Of a stretch of 64,000 nt of DNA, positions 63,903 to 64,000 are shown one piece after another. The position numbers and the translations under genes were made by a program. The stretch comes from Parcubacteria group bacterium (GTDB lineage Bacteria; Patescibacteriota; Minisyncoccia; Minisyncoccales; UBA10102): assembly GCA_016203945.1 (NCBI GenBank), contig JACQLT010000001.1:6645-70644 (forward strand). Direction: 5' to 3'. The notes beneath the pieces are model-generated. The model did no database searches. It worked only from the letters and a program-made list of their open reading frames with translations, and was not told the DNA's origin. Each line of letters opens with the position of its first letter. The first letter of the stretch is position 1.

Positions 63903-64000
63903 TAGCTTCCGTTTTTCCAGTTTATTATCGCCTTCTCCCAGCGCTCAAACGTTCCGATATCCATCCACCGCCCCCTCCATTTATATCCGTACAGTTTCTT
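63902..64000 (-). CDS. sugar-phosphate nucleotidyltransferase, C-terminal 32 codons only
   Basis: Reads ...KKLYGYKWRGRWMDIGTFERWEKAIINWKNGS*; W.DIGT motif of G1P nucleotidyltransferases; TAATG overlap with epimerase start. Confidence 0.5.
   Translation of the reverse strand, partial: KKLYGYKWRGRWMDIGTFERWEKAIINWKNGS

Overview
Gene-dense window (about 94 CDS, 1 tRNA, almost all on the minus strand) from a small-genome bacterium. I infer Candidate Phyla Radiation/Patescibacteria. The evidence is that rpsE abuts rplO with no rpmD (L30), many proteins are domain-minimised, DUF5679/DUF5671/DUF3105-type genes are present, and archaeal-type PyrH, RibL and PGI/PMI occur. Content is mainly core: str operon (rpsL-rpsG-fusA-tuf-rpsJ), S10/spc/alpha ribosomal clusters, secY-adk-map, F1Fo ATP synthase, mreB, murA, alaS, a thiol-redox cluster and sugar-nucleotide genes. 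No CRISPR array, transposase, integrase or rRNA was seen. The most unusual signal is at sequence level. Two related families of short GC-rich hairpin elements (30 nt and 18-21 nt) are inserted in frame in alaS, rpsS, atpD, rpsI, a glycosyltransferase and two hypothetical genes. One 21-mer is identical in rpsS and atpD. This resembles Rickettsia palindromic elements but is much smaller. Other notable points:
- a 645-bp AT-rich mosaic segment inside alaS;
- a three-part repeat switch in a 117-nt rpsG-fusA spacer;
- a terminator, promoter and attenuator-like leader splitting rpsJ from rplC;
- a promoter-to-terminator candidate rod-shaped sRNA between ndk and an HD gene;
- pervasive -10 boxes 6-9 nt upstream of ATG, implying leaderless mRNAs;
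- rpoA without an alpha-CTD;
- an orphan GC-rich ketosynthase;
- a Phd/YefM-like mini-gene wedged between fusA and tuf.
All family calls come from motif recognition by eye. No database search was run.
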